Shown here: piece after piece, positions 45,931 to 55,775 of the stretch
How the letters are laid out: every line of letters begins with the position of its first letter
Position numbering within the stretch: the first letter of the stretch is position 1
Translations under genes and position numbers: made by a program
From: a virus
Taxonomy: Duplodnaviria > Caudoviricetes
IMG/VR virus record: IMGVR_UViG_3300028840_001431
Coordinates: 1-62,650 of that record
Strand: one strand, 5' to 3'
DNA: 62,650 bases
Notes under the pieces: generated by a model
What the model was told of the DNA's origin: nothing
Database searches by the model: none
The model's input: only the letters and a program-made list of their open reading frames with translations

Positions 45931-47187
45931 CTACTCCTTAACTGCCCCATCCTCAATGATTACCGAAACCTCATCACCCTCACCAACCCGCTCAATCCAC
46001 AACTGAGCATCTTCAGTCTCAGCCATATCCATTAGGATCTTGAGATTATCCTCATCAAGAAGGCTTGCATCTCTGATGAGCAGGATTTTGAGCTTTGGGT
46101 TGAGGGCTATGCCCATTGCAACGGATACCCTGATTTGCTCAGCAAGGCTTGCCTGATCGAGTGGGAGCCCGTTAAACGTTACCCCATCCTCATCGAATCC
46201 TAGGCCTTCAACGGGGAACTTGGCATCAGAAATCATTTTGTCTTTCTTCTGCCTCAACTGCTCAAGGGTATTGGTGTATTCGGTTGCCGCTTGCTCATCG
46301 TTGGCAATCTGGTTTCGGGCAATTCTATAGTTGTTGTTTTCCACTACCTTGAGGTTATTCCGCTCAGCTTCTTTTACCTGACGCATGACAGGTTGTGGGT
46401 CTTGCTTATCACCAAGCTTCCCAATCCTATCCTCGTAGTTTTTCACCTCAGCCCTGAGGACCTTTTGACGGGCCTTGAGGCGGGCTATTTCGTCTTGAAT
46501 ATCCGATATCTGTTTTTGATATCCCTCAATGGAGTCCTCAGCCATTTCAATTCGGCTTTCAGCACTTTCAATTTTGTGCTCAAGATTATCAACCGCTTTG
46601 TTATTATCCGCGATTCGACCGACTTCCTTAACTAATTCCTCGGTGTCTATTCGTTCCGGCTCATCCTCATGAAAAGGCATACCCTCAAGGCGGGCCTTAT
46701 CGGCTTTGATTTTGACGTTGAGCCCCTTTCTGAGATCATAGACCGTGGAAATATCTCCATCGATTTCGGTGAAATCGACTCCAATCAATTGCCGGAGAGT
46801 AACCTTTTGCTCATCGGCTTTCATGCTCAGGAATTGCATGGGATCAAAGCTGATCTTCCCGGTGAGCCTATCAAGGATTGATTGAGGGGAGGGGTATCGA
46901 GCCCCGTCCTTATTGGAGATAACGAGGTTCGTTCCCCCGGATTGAGTGAAGGTGCGAGTGACCGTGATATCCCCGAGATCGGCAATGACCTTGGCTTTCT
47001 CCTTGCCCTTCTTGACGGGCTTTTTGGGGATTGCTCCCTTCCCGCCGAGGGCATAGGCGATTGAATCAAGGACAGAAGTTTTTCCCGCCGCGTTCTTGCC
47101 CCCAACAACGACTACATTCCCCTCGGGAGTGATATCCACGGCTGAGAGGCGTTTGATGTTTTCAGCCTTCAAATTGATGATCTTCAT
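45931..47187 (-). CDS. SMC/RecF-like AAA ATPase
   Basis: MKIINLKAENIKRL...GGKNAAGKTSVLD Walker A; long coiled coil; QASLAEQ signature, ILLIRDASLLD. Confidence 0.85.
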   Translation of the reverse strand: MKIINLKAENIKRLSAVDITPEGNVVVVGGKNAAGKTSVLDSIAYALGGKGAIPKKPVKKGKEKAKVIADLGDITVTRTFTQSGGTNLVISNKDGARYPSPQSILDRLTGKISFDPMQFLSMKADEQKVTLRQLIGVDFTEIDGDISTVYDLRKGLNVKIKADKARLEGMPFHEDEPERIDTEELVKEVGRIADNNKAVDNLEHKIESAESRIEMAEDSIEGYQKQISDIQDEIARLKARQKVLRAEVKNYEDRIGKLGDKQDPQPVMRQVKEAERNNLKVVENNNYRIARNQIANDEQAATEYTNTLEQLRQKKDKMISDAKFPVEGLGFDEDGVTFNGLPLDQASLAEQIRVSVAMGIALNPKLKILLIRDASLLDEDNLKILMDMAETEDAQLWIERVGEGDEVSVIIEDGAVKE

Positions 47188-47666
47188 AGTGTTATGGTCC
47201 TCCTTTTTGTGAGCATAGGTTCAACGTTCGTTGTCTTTTTGGCTTCTTGAATGAATTCGTTTATTGAAATGCAACCATAGGTGAAGTGACTCAGGAAGGT
47301 GATGATGTTATCCCAACCAAAAATTGTGAATGAGTTCGGCTTGGTAACGGTCCCGTCCTCTTCGTAGTAGCTAGGTTCTATGAGGTCAAGCCTAGCATTG
47401 TTGATAAGGCCTGAGGCGGGATGAAGGCTCCCGGTTATGACAAGGGTTGATTGGCCAAAAATTATTTCGGAAAATTCAAAATCAACTCCAAAATGGCCTT
47501 TGCCTTTGAAAAACTTGACGTTATTCATCGTCATCCTTCCCCTTTGAGGGATCATGATCCGGGTCATCGTCCGGGACGTAAATCGGAGTAAGCCCGCGTT
47601 TTGTGATATCCCGATGGAGGGTTTTGACCTCATCCCTGAGAACGTCAAGCCTCCAATACTCCTCAT
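47184..47666 (-). CDS. Hypothetical protein (true start probably near 47530)
   Basis: Fills the gap between coupled genes. Confidence 0.45.
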   Translation of the reverse strand: MRSIGGLTFSGMRSKPSIGISQNAGLLRFTSRTMTRIMIPQRGRMTMNNVKFFKGKGHFGVDFEFSEIIFGQSTLVITGSLHPASGLINNARLDLIEPSYYEEDGTVTKPNSFTIFGWDNIITFLSHFTYGCISINEFIQEAKKTTNVEPMLTKRRTITL

Positions 47667-48300
47667 CTTTTTTGCCGTGGTTCATTTCTCTCCATGCCGG
47701 AAGAGCATCGAGCCTTTCTTGATACATCGACCGATGGGACTCCGGGTAAAGCTTTTCAATTCTCTTGGCCATGAAAGCAGTAATGATCCCCGGCTTGTTG
47801 ACTCCGCGTTTCACCTTCCCGTTGCGGTTGAGATCCTCGGTGGTACACATAGCGTGAGGGTGGGCAATGAAGATGACCGTCTTTGAAACCTCAAAATCAT
47901 GAGGGACCTGAGAGATCCGCTTACTGACTCCCATTTTTGCGGCTTCATTCATGAAGCTTGCCGGGGAGTAATGCCGGGAGCCTATCCAAAGCAGGGCCGA
48001 ATTGAATTCCTTATGCCTGATGATTGCGGGGCGGCAAACATAGCAATGATCTTCAGGGCAAGGAATCACCCTATCCTTCATTGGCCAATTCCGCTTTGCA
48101 AAGATTTCGTGGTCCCCTTTCAGGAAATTTTCCGGGTCAATCCACGTCCAACCCCGGCTTTGCTTGATGCCTTGCCCGCAAGTTGTGCAAATCGTCAAAG
48201 GGATGGGCATTCGGTCACATCCCACGGCTAGGGGGTCAGAAACCAAATAGATCCCACCCTTCTTCCGATATCCGCAACCCCGTTTTCCTTCAACTGCCAT
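47521..48300 (-). CDS. Conserved phage hypothetical protein (Cys-rich)
   Basis: MAVEGKRGCGYRKKGGIYL...LLWIGSRHYS...EAAKMGVSKRI; AAGGAGG RBS. Confidence 0.7.
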   Translation of the reverse strand: MAVEGKRGCGYRKKGGIYLVSDPLAVGCDRMPIPLTICTTCGQGIKQSRGWTWIDPENFLKGDHEIFAKRNWPMKDRVIPCPEDHCYVCRPAIIRHKEFNSALLWIGSRHYSPASFMNEAAKMGVSKRISQVPHDFEVSKTVIFIAHPHAMCTTEDLNRNGKVKRGVNKPGIITAFMAKRIEKLYPESHRSMYQERLDALPAWREMNHGKKDEEYWRLDVLRDEVKTLHRDITKRGLTPIYVPDDDPDHDPSKGKDDDE

Positions 48301-48425
48301 CGTGCATCCTCCTTAACTTGTTAATCTGCCATCTCGTTATAAGATGGGAATAGGTTATAGAGAGGTACAGGGCAATCATTGCGAGAACCTGTACCCCTCC
48401 AAGGATATAGTGCCAAACCGTCAAG

Positions 48426-48689
48426 CTATCTATTAGCGTTCTCAGCACGTTTCCTCTCTTTTTTGGCTAAGCCCAAAAGACGATGATACTGAAGCTTTTT
48501 CATGCAAAGCTTGCAATCAACGTTGAAGGCGGTTTTTGTGTCGTCCCGATGGAAGGTGAGGAACCGTGAGTCCTTTCGACAAAGAACCCCCTCTGTTATG
48601 GTTCCCCACTTCCAAAGGACGTGAATTCTTTTGCCCATTTCTGAGCCATCCTCTATCTTTCCGAAGAAATATTCTACCTCACTCCCCAT
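48426..48689 (-). CDS. Small hypothetical protein
   Basis: Overlaps the helicase stop. Confidence 0.5.
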   Translation of the reverse strand: MGSEVEYFFGKIEDGSEMGKRIHVLWKWGTITEGVLCRKDSRFLTFHRDDTKTAFNVDCKLCMKKLQYHRLLGLAKKERKRAENANR

Positions 48690-50700
48690 TGATCATCCTC
48701 ATGAGATCTTCACCTAATTGGCCGCGATACTTTGTGATTACGAGCTTGCCAAGGGCCGCTTGCTTAGGTGAGAGGAATAGATTTGAAGCAAGATCCCTGC
48801 CTATGCGGGCATCGAATTTGTTGAAGCCGTGGCCATCGAGGGCCATTGCTCCATCACAAACGGTCGCTAGTCTCTTCAGGCCTATGTGAATGGCTTTGAT
48901 TTGAGATTCTGACAGGCTTTCCGCGATTGTTTCAAGGCCCTTGCGGGATTTCTTCTTTGACTCTGACTCCTTGAGTTCCTGGCTTGCCGCGAATTCTGCT
49001 GTCTTGAGGGCCTCAGCGTCAAACTGAGAGGCCTCTTCCGGGGACAGGTCCAAGGCCCTGTCTATGACCTTTTGCTTCTCTACGAGGCGTTTGGCTATCT
49101 CAGAATCGATGGAACCGTCCAAAACCAAATGTTGGACAAGGACGTTATCGGTTTGTCCGATACGATGAAGCCTATCTTCGGCTTGGGTCACGTTTCCGGG
49201 AACCCAATCGAGTTCGGCAAAGATAACCAATGAGGCGGCTGTCAGGGTGATTCCGACTCCGGCGGCGGTTATGGAGCCAATGAAGAGCTTTATATCGGGG
49301 GACTCTTGGAAGGCTTTCACGGCTTCGTCACGTTCCTCAAAGGGTGTCTTGCCTGTAAACTTGACCGCGATATCTCCGAAATGATCTGCAATGGCATCTA
49401 TAACAGAATGGTGATGAGCAAACAAGACAATTTTTTCATTCGCCTCAAGTGCATCGGTTACATGATCGATCACGGCGGGGACTTTAGACTCAGCCGTTTC
49501 CCGCCTGACGGTTGACATTTCATTGAAAGCAACCCTGTAACCATCGCTAAGGGCGGCAACCGCCTCTTTGTAATCATCGGGGTTATCAGAGGTCTTGGCC
49601 AATTCAACCTTATACTCCAATTCCTCAAGGCGGGCTCGATGCTCGGCAAAGAACTTTTGCTCCCGGTCGATGACCCTTTGAAACCCATTGGGTGGAACCT
49701 CTATGATCTGCCTGAACTTTGGCGGGAGTTCGGTGAGGACCTCTTTCTTGAGGCGGCGAATCATGATAGTTGATCTCAATTTCTCATGCAATTCCTCAAG
49801 ATTAGAGGCCCCCTTGACGTTCCACCCCCACCCGTCATGATGGGCATCACAATATCGCTGAGTGTAATACTTCCATGATCGGAATGTATCCGGGGCGAGA
49901 TTCCGGGCAATGTTCCACAACTCGATTGGCCTATTGACTATCGGCGTTCCGGTCATGAAGACCTTCCTAACCGCCTTGATTGGCCCTTGCTGAGCGTACT
50001 TCTTGCCCTTGTATCCAAAGACGTGGCGGGTACGCTGAGCCTTGGAGTTTTTGAGGTAATGGCATTCGTCCACGATGAGCAGATCCCAAACGAAGGACTT
50101 GATATGAGCCTCATATTTCTTGAGGATGTCATAGTTGATGATCTGAACCATGACCTCGGGGTTATCATCCCGATATCGGTCCTCTCTCCATTTCTTCTTA
50201 TCTGAATTGATGATAAAGATATTAGCGGGACGAACCAACCACTTGCGGGCCTCCCTTGCCCAATTCATTTTGAGGCTTGCGGGGCAAACAACTAGAACGG
50301 TTTGGATTGATCGGTTCATGTTAATGAGCCCAAGGGCTTGAATCGTTTTGCCAAGGCCCATTTCATCACCAACCAAAGAATTGACGTGGTTCTTTAGGAA
50401 AGAAATTCCCCCACGCTGAAAAGGGAGGTAATCCTCACCCTCGGGGGCCGGGACGTTGATATCAGCGTCCAATGCTCGGCTTTCCTCAAGGGCCTTTTCC
50501 CGTTTGCGGGCGGCATCCTCAAGGTGCGGCTTGGCCGTTTCGTCGGCGTATTGAATGAGTTTTGCAGCTTTTTCAGGGTCCCGAGTTGACCACTTTTTGC
50601 TGATTGGATTATTCCACCAAAGGCCCGCCGCTTTGCAAATGTGCCTCTCTTCGTAAGAAGCTTCAGCGACAAAGACCCCGCTCTTGTAAGTCAATCTCAT
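48679..50700 (-). CDS. SNF2-family (SMARCAL1/HARP-like) helicase
   Basis: GDEMGLGKTIQA, VVCPASLKMNW, IVDECHYLKN, MTGTPIVNRP, QAEDRLHRIGQ. Confidence 0.92.
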   Translation of the reverse strand: MRLTYKSGVFVAEASYEERHICKAAGLWWNNPISKKWSTRDPEKAAKLIQYADETAKPHLEDAARKREKALEESRALDADINVPAPEGEDYLPFQRGGISFLKNHVNSLVGDEMGLGKTIQALGLINMNRSIQTVLVVCPASLKMNWAREARKWLVRPANIFIINSDKKKWREDRYRDDNPEVMVQIINYDILKKYEAHIKSFVWDLLIVDECHYLKNSKAQRTRHVFGYKGKKYAQQGPIKAVRKVFMTGTPIVNRPIELWNIARNLAPDTFRSWKYYTQRYCDAHHDGWGWNVKGASNLEELHEKLRSTIMIRRLKKEVLTELPPKFRQIIEVPPNGFQRVIDREQKFFAEHRARLEELEYKVELAKTSDNPDDYKEAVAALSDGYRVAFNEMSTVRRETAESKVPAVIDHVTDALEANEKIVLFAHHHSVIDAIADHFGDIAVKFTGKTPFEERDEAVKAFQESPDIKLFIGSITAAGVGITLTAASLVIFAELDWVPGNVTQAEDRLHRIGQTDNVLVQHLVLDGSIDSEIAKRLVEKQKVIDRALDLSPEEASQFDAEALKTAEFAASQELKESESKKKSRKGLETIAESLSESQIKAIHIGLKRLATVCDGAMALDGHGFNKFDARIGRDLASNLFLSPKQAALGKLVITKYRGQLGEDLMRMINGE

Positions 50701-50793
50701 AATTTCACCTCATCCTTTTGATTGCATCAATCATGATTAGAAAGCATCCGACCACTAAACAAGCGGCCCCTGCAAAGAAAATGATATATGGGA

Positions 50794-50982
50794 TCATGCC
50801 GGGACCTCCTCAACCAGAATTCCACCATCAACCTCAATGGCTTCATCAAATGAGCCCTGAATTGCATTCTCAATTTCACTATCGGAACCATAATCATTCA
50901 ACTGATCAAAAACCCATTGGGCTGATCGGTCGGTTGGAAGATAGAACTCCACGGTCAATTTGAATTTTCTCATCACTGCCAT
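50794..50982 (-). CDS. Hypothetical protein
   Basis: TAATG coupling. Confidence 0.5.
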   Translation of the reverse strand: MAVMRKFKLTVEFYLPTDRSAQWVFDQLNDYGSDSEIENAIQGSFDEAIEVDGGILVEEVPA

Positions 50983-51299
50983 TAGATGATTTCCTCACTT
51001 TCAATGCTACCAAGCTCCCACCCGGAGACTTTGAGCATTTCTAAGGCATTGGTTTTGTTTTTTCTGTAATCTTCGGTGTCTTTGCCCTTGATGATCTTCG
51101 ACACCATGACAACCATTTCCCCTTTGATCGGATTGATCTCGGTAGCCATTTCCATGACCCGAGGCCCACCAAATTTCCTAACGAGGGCCGAGAGCCCCTG
51201 AGCATATGAGAGGTTGGCCGGGAATGCTCCAATATGTTTTTCATAGAGGGTTCTGATTTCTTCCAATGTTAAGACAACTTCATTTTGCCTCATTACCAT
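50982..51299 (-). CDS. Hypothetical protein
   Basis: AAGGAG RBS. Confidence 0.55.
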   Translation of the reverse strand: MVMRQNEVVLTLEEIRTLYEKHIGAFPANLSYAQGLSALVRKFGGPRVMEMATEINPIKGEMVVMVSKIIKGKDTEDYRKNKTNALEMLKVSGWELGSIESEEII

Positions 51300-51426
51300 C
51301 TCCTTTTTAAGATTGCCGACCCCTCAAGACGCGACCTCACAGATTTCTTTTCCATCCCCATCGGTAACGCTTTGAAAGCCGCACCTCTGTCCGGGCTTGC
51401 TCCCGGTTGCGGGGGAGGGTTAGGCC

Positions 51427-51651
51427 CTAACGCATGGGCTTATCGGCTGTTCTCCACTTGATTTTGGTGGATTCAGGCAAGACCATGATCTTCGGGTTTT
51501 TTACCCCAAAGGTAAAGGCAAGGCTCCCCTCGCTATTGTGCTCCACATTGACGAACGGGAGCCATCGCCTTTCAGCCCAAACCCATCCCTTGAAACTATT
51601 CTTTGTGCTCATACCATCCACCATCAAGATCTCTCCAAAGCTTAGGACCAT
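51427..51651 (-). CDS. Hypothetical protein
   Basis: Leftward early operon. Confidence 0.4.
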   Translation of the reverse strand: MVLSFGEILMVDGMSTKNSFKGWVWAERRWLPFVNVEHNSEGSLAFTFGVKNPKIMVLPESTKIKWRTADKPMR

Positions 51652-51952
51652 CGATCAAGGCGTCAAAGGCCTGATAACCATACCCGGAAGGATCATTGAC
51701 AATGCCGATCATATCCAATACAACCGCAGGATTTTTGTCATCGAAATCGTTTGGATACCACGGGAAAGCGGCTATGATGGGATCTTCGTTGCCGTATTCA
51801 TCAGGATTTGAATAACTTACATACACCCGATTAGTTGAGGTCATCTTTGTGACGCTGAACCGATGGCAATGGCCGCTGAGTTCCTTGCACATTTGCCGAA
51901 GATTCTCTAAGCTCACGACTCTCTTGGACCAATCAAATTGGGTTCCTACCAT
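51596..51952 (-). CDS. Hypothetical protein, first gene of the leftward operon
   Basis: AAAGGAGGTG RBS. Confidence 0.65.
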   Translation of the reverse strand: MVGTQFDWSKRVVSLENLRQMCKELSGHCHRFSVTKMTSTNRVYVSYSNPDEYGNEDPIIAAFPWYPNDFDDKNPAVVLDMIGIVNDPSGYGYQAFDALIDGPKLWRDLDGGWYEHKE

Positions 51953-51996
51953 GTGCTCACCTCCTTTCTTTAGTATTTTCGATAACTAAAAAATGT

Positions 51997-52025
51997 TTGA
52001 CAAAACGAAAAACCAAGACTATCAT
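51997..52025 (+). promoter_or_regulatory. Sigma70 promoter, rightward
   Basis: TTGACA(51997)-17 nt-TATCAT(52020). Confidence 0.75.
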
Positions 52026-52062
52026 GTTACCCACAATCGAACCTGCCTTTGAAGGCTTTTCA

Positions 52063-52091
52063 ACTATACAGTATCATCGGAACATTGTCAA
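52063..52091 (-). promoter_or_regulatory. Sigma70 promoter, leftward
   Basis: Minus strand TTGACA(52091-52086)-17 nt-TATAGT(52068-52063). Confidence 0.75.
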
Positions 52092-52148
52092 GAGTACAAA
52101 AGAGTTTTTTTGCAATCTTTGCAATTTTTTTGAGGAAGGGGTAAAGAG

Positions 52149-52364
52149 ATGTCAAACGTTCCCGCCGGATTCAGTAATCGTGAGTTTGCAAGGGAGGTGA
52201 ATGACTTCCTTAGACGAAGAAAGAAAAAGCCTTATTGGCTTGCTAAGCAATGCAAACCACCGATGAGCTTTCCAACCATCTACAAAATGTTAAATGACCC
52301 GACTAGGGATATCAGGCTTTCAACCATTCGCAGAATTCGTGAAGTCATGGCTCGATACGTCTGA
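52149..52364 (+). CDS. Cro/XRE-like HTH regulator
   Basis: PYWLAKQCKPPMSFPTIYKMLNDPTRDIRLSTIRRI. Confidence 0.7.
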   Translation: MSNVPAGFSNREFAREVNDFLRRRKKKPYWLAKQCKPPMSFPTIYKMLNDPTRDIRLSTIRRIREVMARYV

Positions 52365-52366
52365 GA

Positions 52367-54181
52367 ATGATTCTCCCGGAACTGCAAAGTAGGGGCTATG
52401 CCCCCAAGAAAAAGACCGCAAAGGAGTGGTCATCTCCATGCCCTTTTTGCGGCGGGACTGATCGATTCTGCATCTTTACTGATGAGAATCGGGCTTGGTG
52501 TCGTCAATGCAAATGGGAGGGGGACGATATCCAATTACTGAGGGACCTAGACAATATGAGCTTTCCTGAGGCGGCTGAGGCGGCGGGTCATCCTGAGAAA
52601 ATTAAGAACAGTCAATCAAAACATGCAAAACCAAAGAACAAAACTAACCGCAATGCAACTGTGACCGATGAATATGATTACGTCGATGAGCGGGGCGAAT
52701 TAAAGTATCAGGTTTGCAGGACAGATCCAAAGGGGTTCTTTCAACGTAGGCCGGGGAAGAAAGAAGGGTCTTGGGTCAAGGATATGAAGGGGGTCACGCT
52801 GATTCCCTATCGCTTGCCCGATATCGGTTCAAAAAAGGGCATCTTCTTCGTTGAAGGTGAAAAAGATGTCAACGAATTATGGAGGGTGGGGCTCCCCGCG
52901 ACATGCAACCCCGGCGGGGCGGGCAAGATTCCAAGCCAGCAAGAGAAATTCGGCATCCTTGATCATTTGGCCGGGAAAAAGGTTTATATCATCCCGGACA
53001 ACGATGAGGCCGGATTCAAACACGCTGAGCAATTGGCCGAAATGCTTTATGGGATCGCCTCTCATGTGTCGATTATCAATCTTCCGGGGATTGGCAAATC
53101 GGGTGATGTATCAGACTTTATACTTGATAATGGGGACAGCAAGGCAAAGGAATGGCTCATAAACCTTGCAAAGTCATCAGTCCCATGGAGGCCCCCATCT
53201 AATTTCCTAGACTTCAATGAATACATAATGATCCAGACTGAGAACCATATCCCGGTTCTTCAGGATGGCATTCTCCCGTTCGGTGAAAACCTCTTGATAG
53301 CCGGAGAGGGAGGGGTAGGGAAGTCCTTGGTTCGTCTTGAGCTATCAATCCACTTAGCCGTTGGTTGGGATTACCTGAACTTCAAAACCGCAAAGCCCCG
53401 CAAAGTCGCAATCTTCCAATGGGAGAATTCTGAGTTTAACGAGGTCAAGCGGGCTCGGAGAATGATTGAGGGTCTTGGAATCAACGATATCCCAAACGGT
53501 CAAATCAAATTCATGGATAGGAAGGTCAGGCCGAATATCAGTCAGAAGGGTGGGCAAGAAAAGCTTTTGGAATTAGTCAAGGAGTCTGAAGCTGAGGTTA
53601 TTTTCTATGATTGCCTCACCAACATGCATTCATCCAAGGAAAACGATAACGTGCAAATGAGGTCGGTTTTAGATTTCTTGAGTGATATCAATGCGAAAGT
53701 AGGTGTTACCTCTGTCTTGATCCATCACTTCGGCAAACCGTCTGATGGGGAGGAAACAGGGAAAAATTCAAAGCATCGAATTCGGGGGGCCTCATCTATC
53801 ATCGATTGGGGGACTACGATCTTCACCTTTGCTCACCGACCGAATAAAGAGCATCGTCCTTGGTTTGAGATCCGGGTTCAAAAGATGAGGGAAGGCCCGC
53901 TTTATAAATGGACCACTCCTATCTTAATGGAGCGGGACGGGGACTATCTTACTCATAAGATGATATCCGAGGAAAGCACATGCCCGCCTGATAAGGTCCG
54001 AGAGATGCTTGAACAGCTTGGTGGGGAGGTTTCATCCAGAGGCCCTCTCATCGATAAGATCATAGAAGAAACAGGGGCTCAGAAGTCGAGTGCCTACAAT
54101 TATATCAATAAGGCTTTGGAAGATAATATGATCTCAAAGAAGGGGAAACGAGGGCTTACGGTTGGTGATTTCCATAAATGA
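52367..54181 (+). CDS. Primase-helicase (Zn-binding + TOPRIM + RepA/AAA_25 helicase)
   Basis: CPFCGGTDRF...WCRQC; FFVEGEKDV...IIPDNDEAG; AGEGGVGKS; LIHHFGK...RGASS. Confidence 0.88.
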   Translation: MILPELQSRGYAPKKKTAKEWSSPCPFCGGTDRFCIFTDENRAWCRQCKWEGDDIQLLRDLDNMSFPEAAEAAGHPEKIKNSQSKHAKPKNKTNRNATVTDEYDYVDERGELKYQVCRTDPKGFFQRRPGKKEGSWVKDMKGVTLIPYRLPDIGSKKGIFFVEGEKDVNELWRVGLPATCNPGGAGKIPSQQEKFGILDHLAGKKVYIIPDNDEAGFKHAEQLAEMLYGIASHVSIINLPGIGKSGDVSDFILDNGDSKAKEWLINLAKSSVPWRPPSNFLDFNEYIMIQTENHIPVLQDGILPFGENLLIAGEGGVGKSLVRLELSIHLAVGWDYLNFKTAKPRKVAIFQWENSEFNEVKRARRMIEGLGINDIPNGQIKFMDRKVRPNISQKGGQEKLLELVKESEAEVIFYDCLTNMHSSKENDNVQMRSVLDFLSDINAKVGVTSVLIHHFGKPSDGEETGKNSKHRIRGASSIIDWGTTIFTFAHRPNKEHRPWFEIRVQKMREGPLYKWTTPILMERDGDYLTHKMISEESTCPPDKVREMLEQLGGEVSSRGPLIDKIIEETGAQKSSAYNYINKALEDNMISKKGKRGLTVGDFHK

Positions 54182-54395
54182 TTCCATTGGAAATTCCATT
54201 GGAACAATAGCCCCCCCTTGGAAATTGTATCGGTAAGGATATCAGTATGTTAAGTTATGTTTTTAGAATTTCCAACGTAAATTTCCAATACCCCCCCTTG
54301 GAAACTCTGAAAGCCTTACCAGTAAAGGGTTTGCAAATTTCCAATCGTCCCTATAAAGGGAATTAAGTTCCAGAATTCCAACCACGGTGGAAAAA
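54168..54395. repeat. Putative replication origin: clustered TTCCA/TGGAA direct and inverted repeats
   Basis: ATTCCATTGGAAATTCCATTGGAAC; CCCCCCCTTGGAAA at 54211 and 54291; several AATTTCCAA; AT-rich centre; directly after the primase-helicase. Confidence 0.55.
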
Positions 54396-54396
54396 A

Positions 54397-54657
54397 ATGG
54401 ATGAGCTTTTACCCCTAGGAAATCATGAAGATGAGGTTGAATTCAGGCCTTGGTCTGACGATGATCCTGACTTGATCGGAGATCCCCCAAAGAGGGGAAA
54501 GCATCTCTCTCAGATATGCCTTGGATATTACCCGGATGAGATCGTCTATGTTGATTGGGAGGTTTGCGTTTGGCATTGGAAGGAGAGGGACCCGAAATGC
54601 AAGGACTGCAAGACCTTCAAGCGGATAGGATGGGAAAGGAGGTTTAGACGTGATTAA
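54397..54657 (+). CDS. Hypothetical protein
   Basis: ORF with CxxC. Confidence 0.45.
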   Translation: MDELLPLGNHEDEVEFRPWSDDDPDLIGDPPKRGKHLSQICLGYYPDEIVYVDWEVCVWHWKERDPKCKDCKTFKRIGWERRFRRD

Positions 54658-54808
54658 GGACCTAGCTGATACGATCATATGGACCGCTGAGGAGAGGGTT
54701 AAAGAGCAGGGAGTTCATGTGAACTCAGCTATCCATGCAATCACCCTTGAGGTTGATCAGTTCCTTATGGAGTACATGAAGGACCATAATCCTAGAAAAG
54801 CCAAATAG
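54650..54808 (+). CDS. 52-aa hypothetical protein
   Basis: AAGGAGG RBS, GTG start, hand translation MIKDLADTIIWTAEERVKEQG... Confidence 0.5.
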   Translation: MIKDLADTIIWTAEERVKEQGVHVNSAIHAITLEVDQFLMEYMKDHNPRKAK

Positions 54809-54838
54809 ATAATGAAGCCCTAGAGTTGAGGTGATCCA
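54798..54838 (+). repeat. Solitary TIGR-like unit
   Basis: AAGCCA-AATAGATAA(9)-TGAAGCCCT-AGAGTTGAG(9)-GTGATCC then ATG 54838. Confidence 0.65.
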
Positions 54839-55023
54839 TGATCGAGTACACTATGCCGCATTGGGTGAGGGATTACGCCGGGGAGGATATCTCTAACGTT
54901 CCAAGAAAGAACCTTGAAAGCTTGCTTGAGTGGGAAGAAGAGAACGGGGAACCTCATCCAGATTTGATTGAAGCCATAGAGGATCAACTTGCTATCAGAG
55001 ATCGATCTTACGACAATTTTTGA
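54838..55023 (+). CDS. Hypothetical protein
   Basis: GAGGTG RBS. Confidence 0.55.
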   Translation: MIEYTMPHWVRDYAGEDISNVPRKNLESLLEWEEENGEPHPDLIEAIEDQLAIRDRSYDNF

Positions 55024-55098
55024 GTACCTACGCAATCCTTGGTTTTGGTGGGGAGTGGTTGGAGTGGTGGTGGTATTGATTGCGGTTAGGGGAGATCC

Positions 55099-55503
55099 AT
55101 GGTCAGACTAAGTGAAGAAGAGTATGACAATATCATGAAGAGGAGAACCCCGCCGCCTCTCTGTGAGCTAACCGTGAAAACCCAACCTCGACACAAAGAA
55201 CCGAAAATGAATAAGACTGAGGCACGATATCTGCAACATATCATCATGCCTGATATCCATTCTGGTCTTATTTCAAAGTGGAGATTTGAGGAGATTAAGT
55301 TCAGGCTAGGAAAGGCCTGTTACTATACCCCTGATTTCCTTATCGTTTATAGGAACTCTATTGAGATACATGAGATTAAGGGCGGGCATATAAGGGAAGA
55401 TGCCCTTGTTAAGTTCAAAGCGGCTTCTGAGCGTTTTCCTTTCTTTATTTGGAAAATGATTCAATGGAAGGGTGGAACATGGACGGTAATTCACTCACTT
55501 TGA
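55099..55503 (+). CDS. DUF1064-like PD-(D/E)xK endonuclease
   Basis: MNKTEARY...YTPDFLI...EIHEIKGG...KFKAASERFP. Confidence 0.7.
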   Translation: MVRLSEEEYDNIMKRRTPPPLCELTVKTQPRHKEPKMNKTEARYLQHIIMPDIHSGLISKWRFEEIKFRLGKACYYTPDFLIVYRNSIEIHEIKGGHIREDALVKFKAASERFPFFIWKMIQWKGGTWTVIHSL

Positions 55504-55775
55504 GATCGGAAGAATACAGGGAATTCATTCAGCATAGGCGTTGCGTTATTTGCAACAATCTCCCGCCGAATCAAGCTCACCATCATAGTGAGAATAATCA
55601 GGGATGGGGGACGAAACCACCTGATAGCTTTTGCGTTCCTCTCTGTTATGGGTGTCATCGATTTATAGAGGATCACGGCCTTGACGAAGTTAATAGGGCC
55701 GCATTTAATCTATCAATCGTTGCAAACCTGACTTTATTTCTAATAAAACTCAAAGAAGAAGGGAGGTTAAAATAA
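55449..55775 (+). CDS. DUF968/HNH-like zinc-finger protein
   Basis: RSEEYREFI...CVIC...QAHH...GWGTKPPDSFCVPLCYGCH. Confidence 0.7.
   Translation: MENDSMEGWNMDGNSLTLRSEEYREFIQHRRCVICNNLPPNQAHHHSENNQGWGTKPPDSFCVPLCYGCHRFIEDHGLDEVNRAAFNLSIVANLTLFLIKLKEEGRLK

Noticed and set aside
55141-55185. GTGAGCTA-ACCG-TGAAAACCCA array-like motif
   Set aside because: Only 4 nt between the motifs, and it is inside a conserved nuclease CDS.
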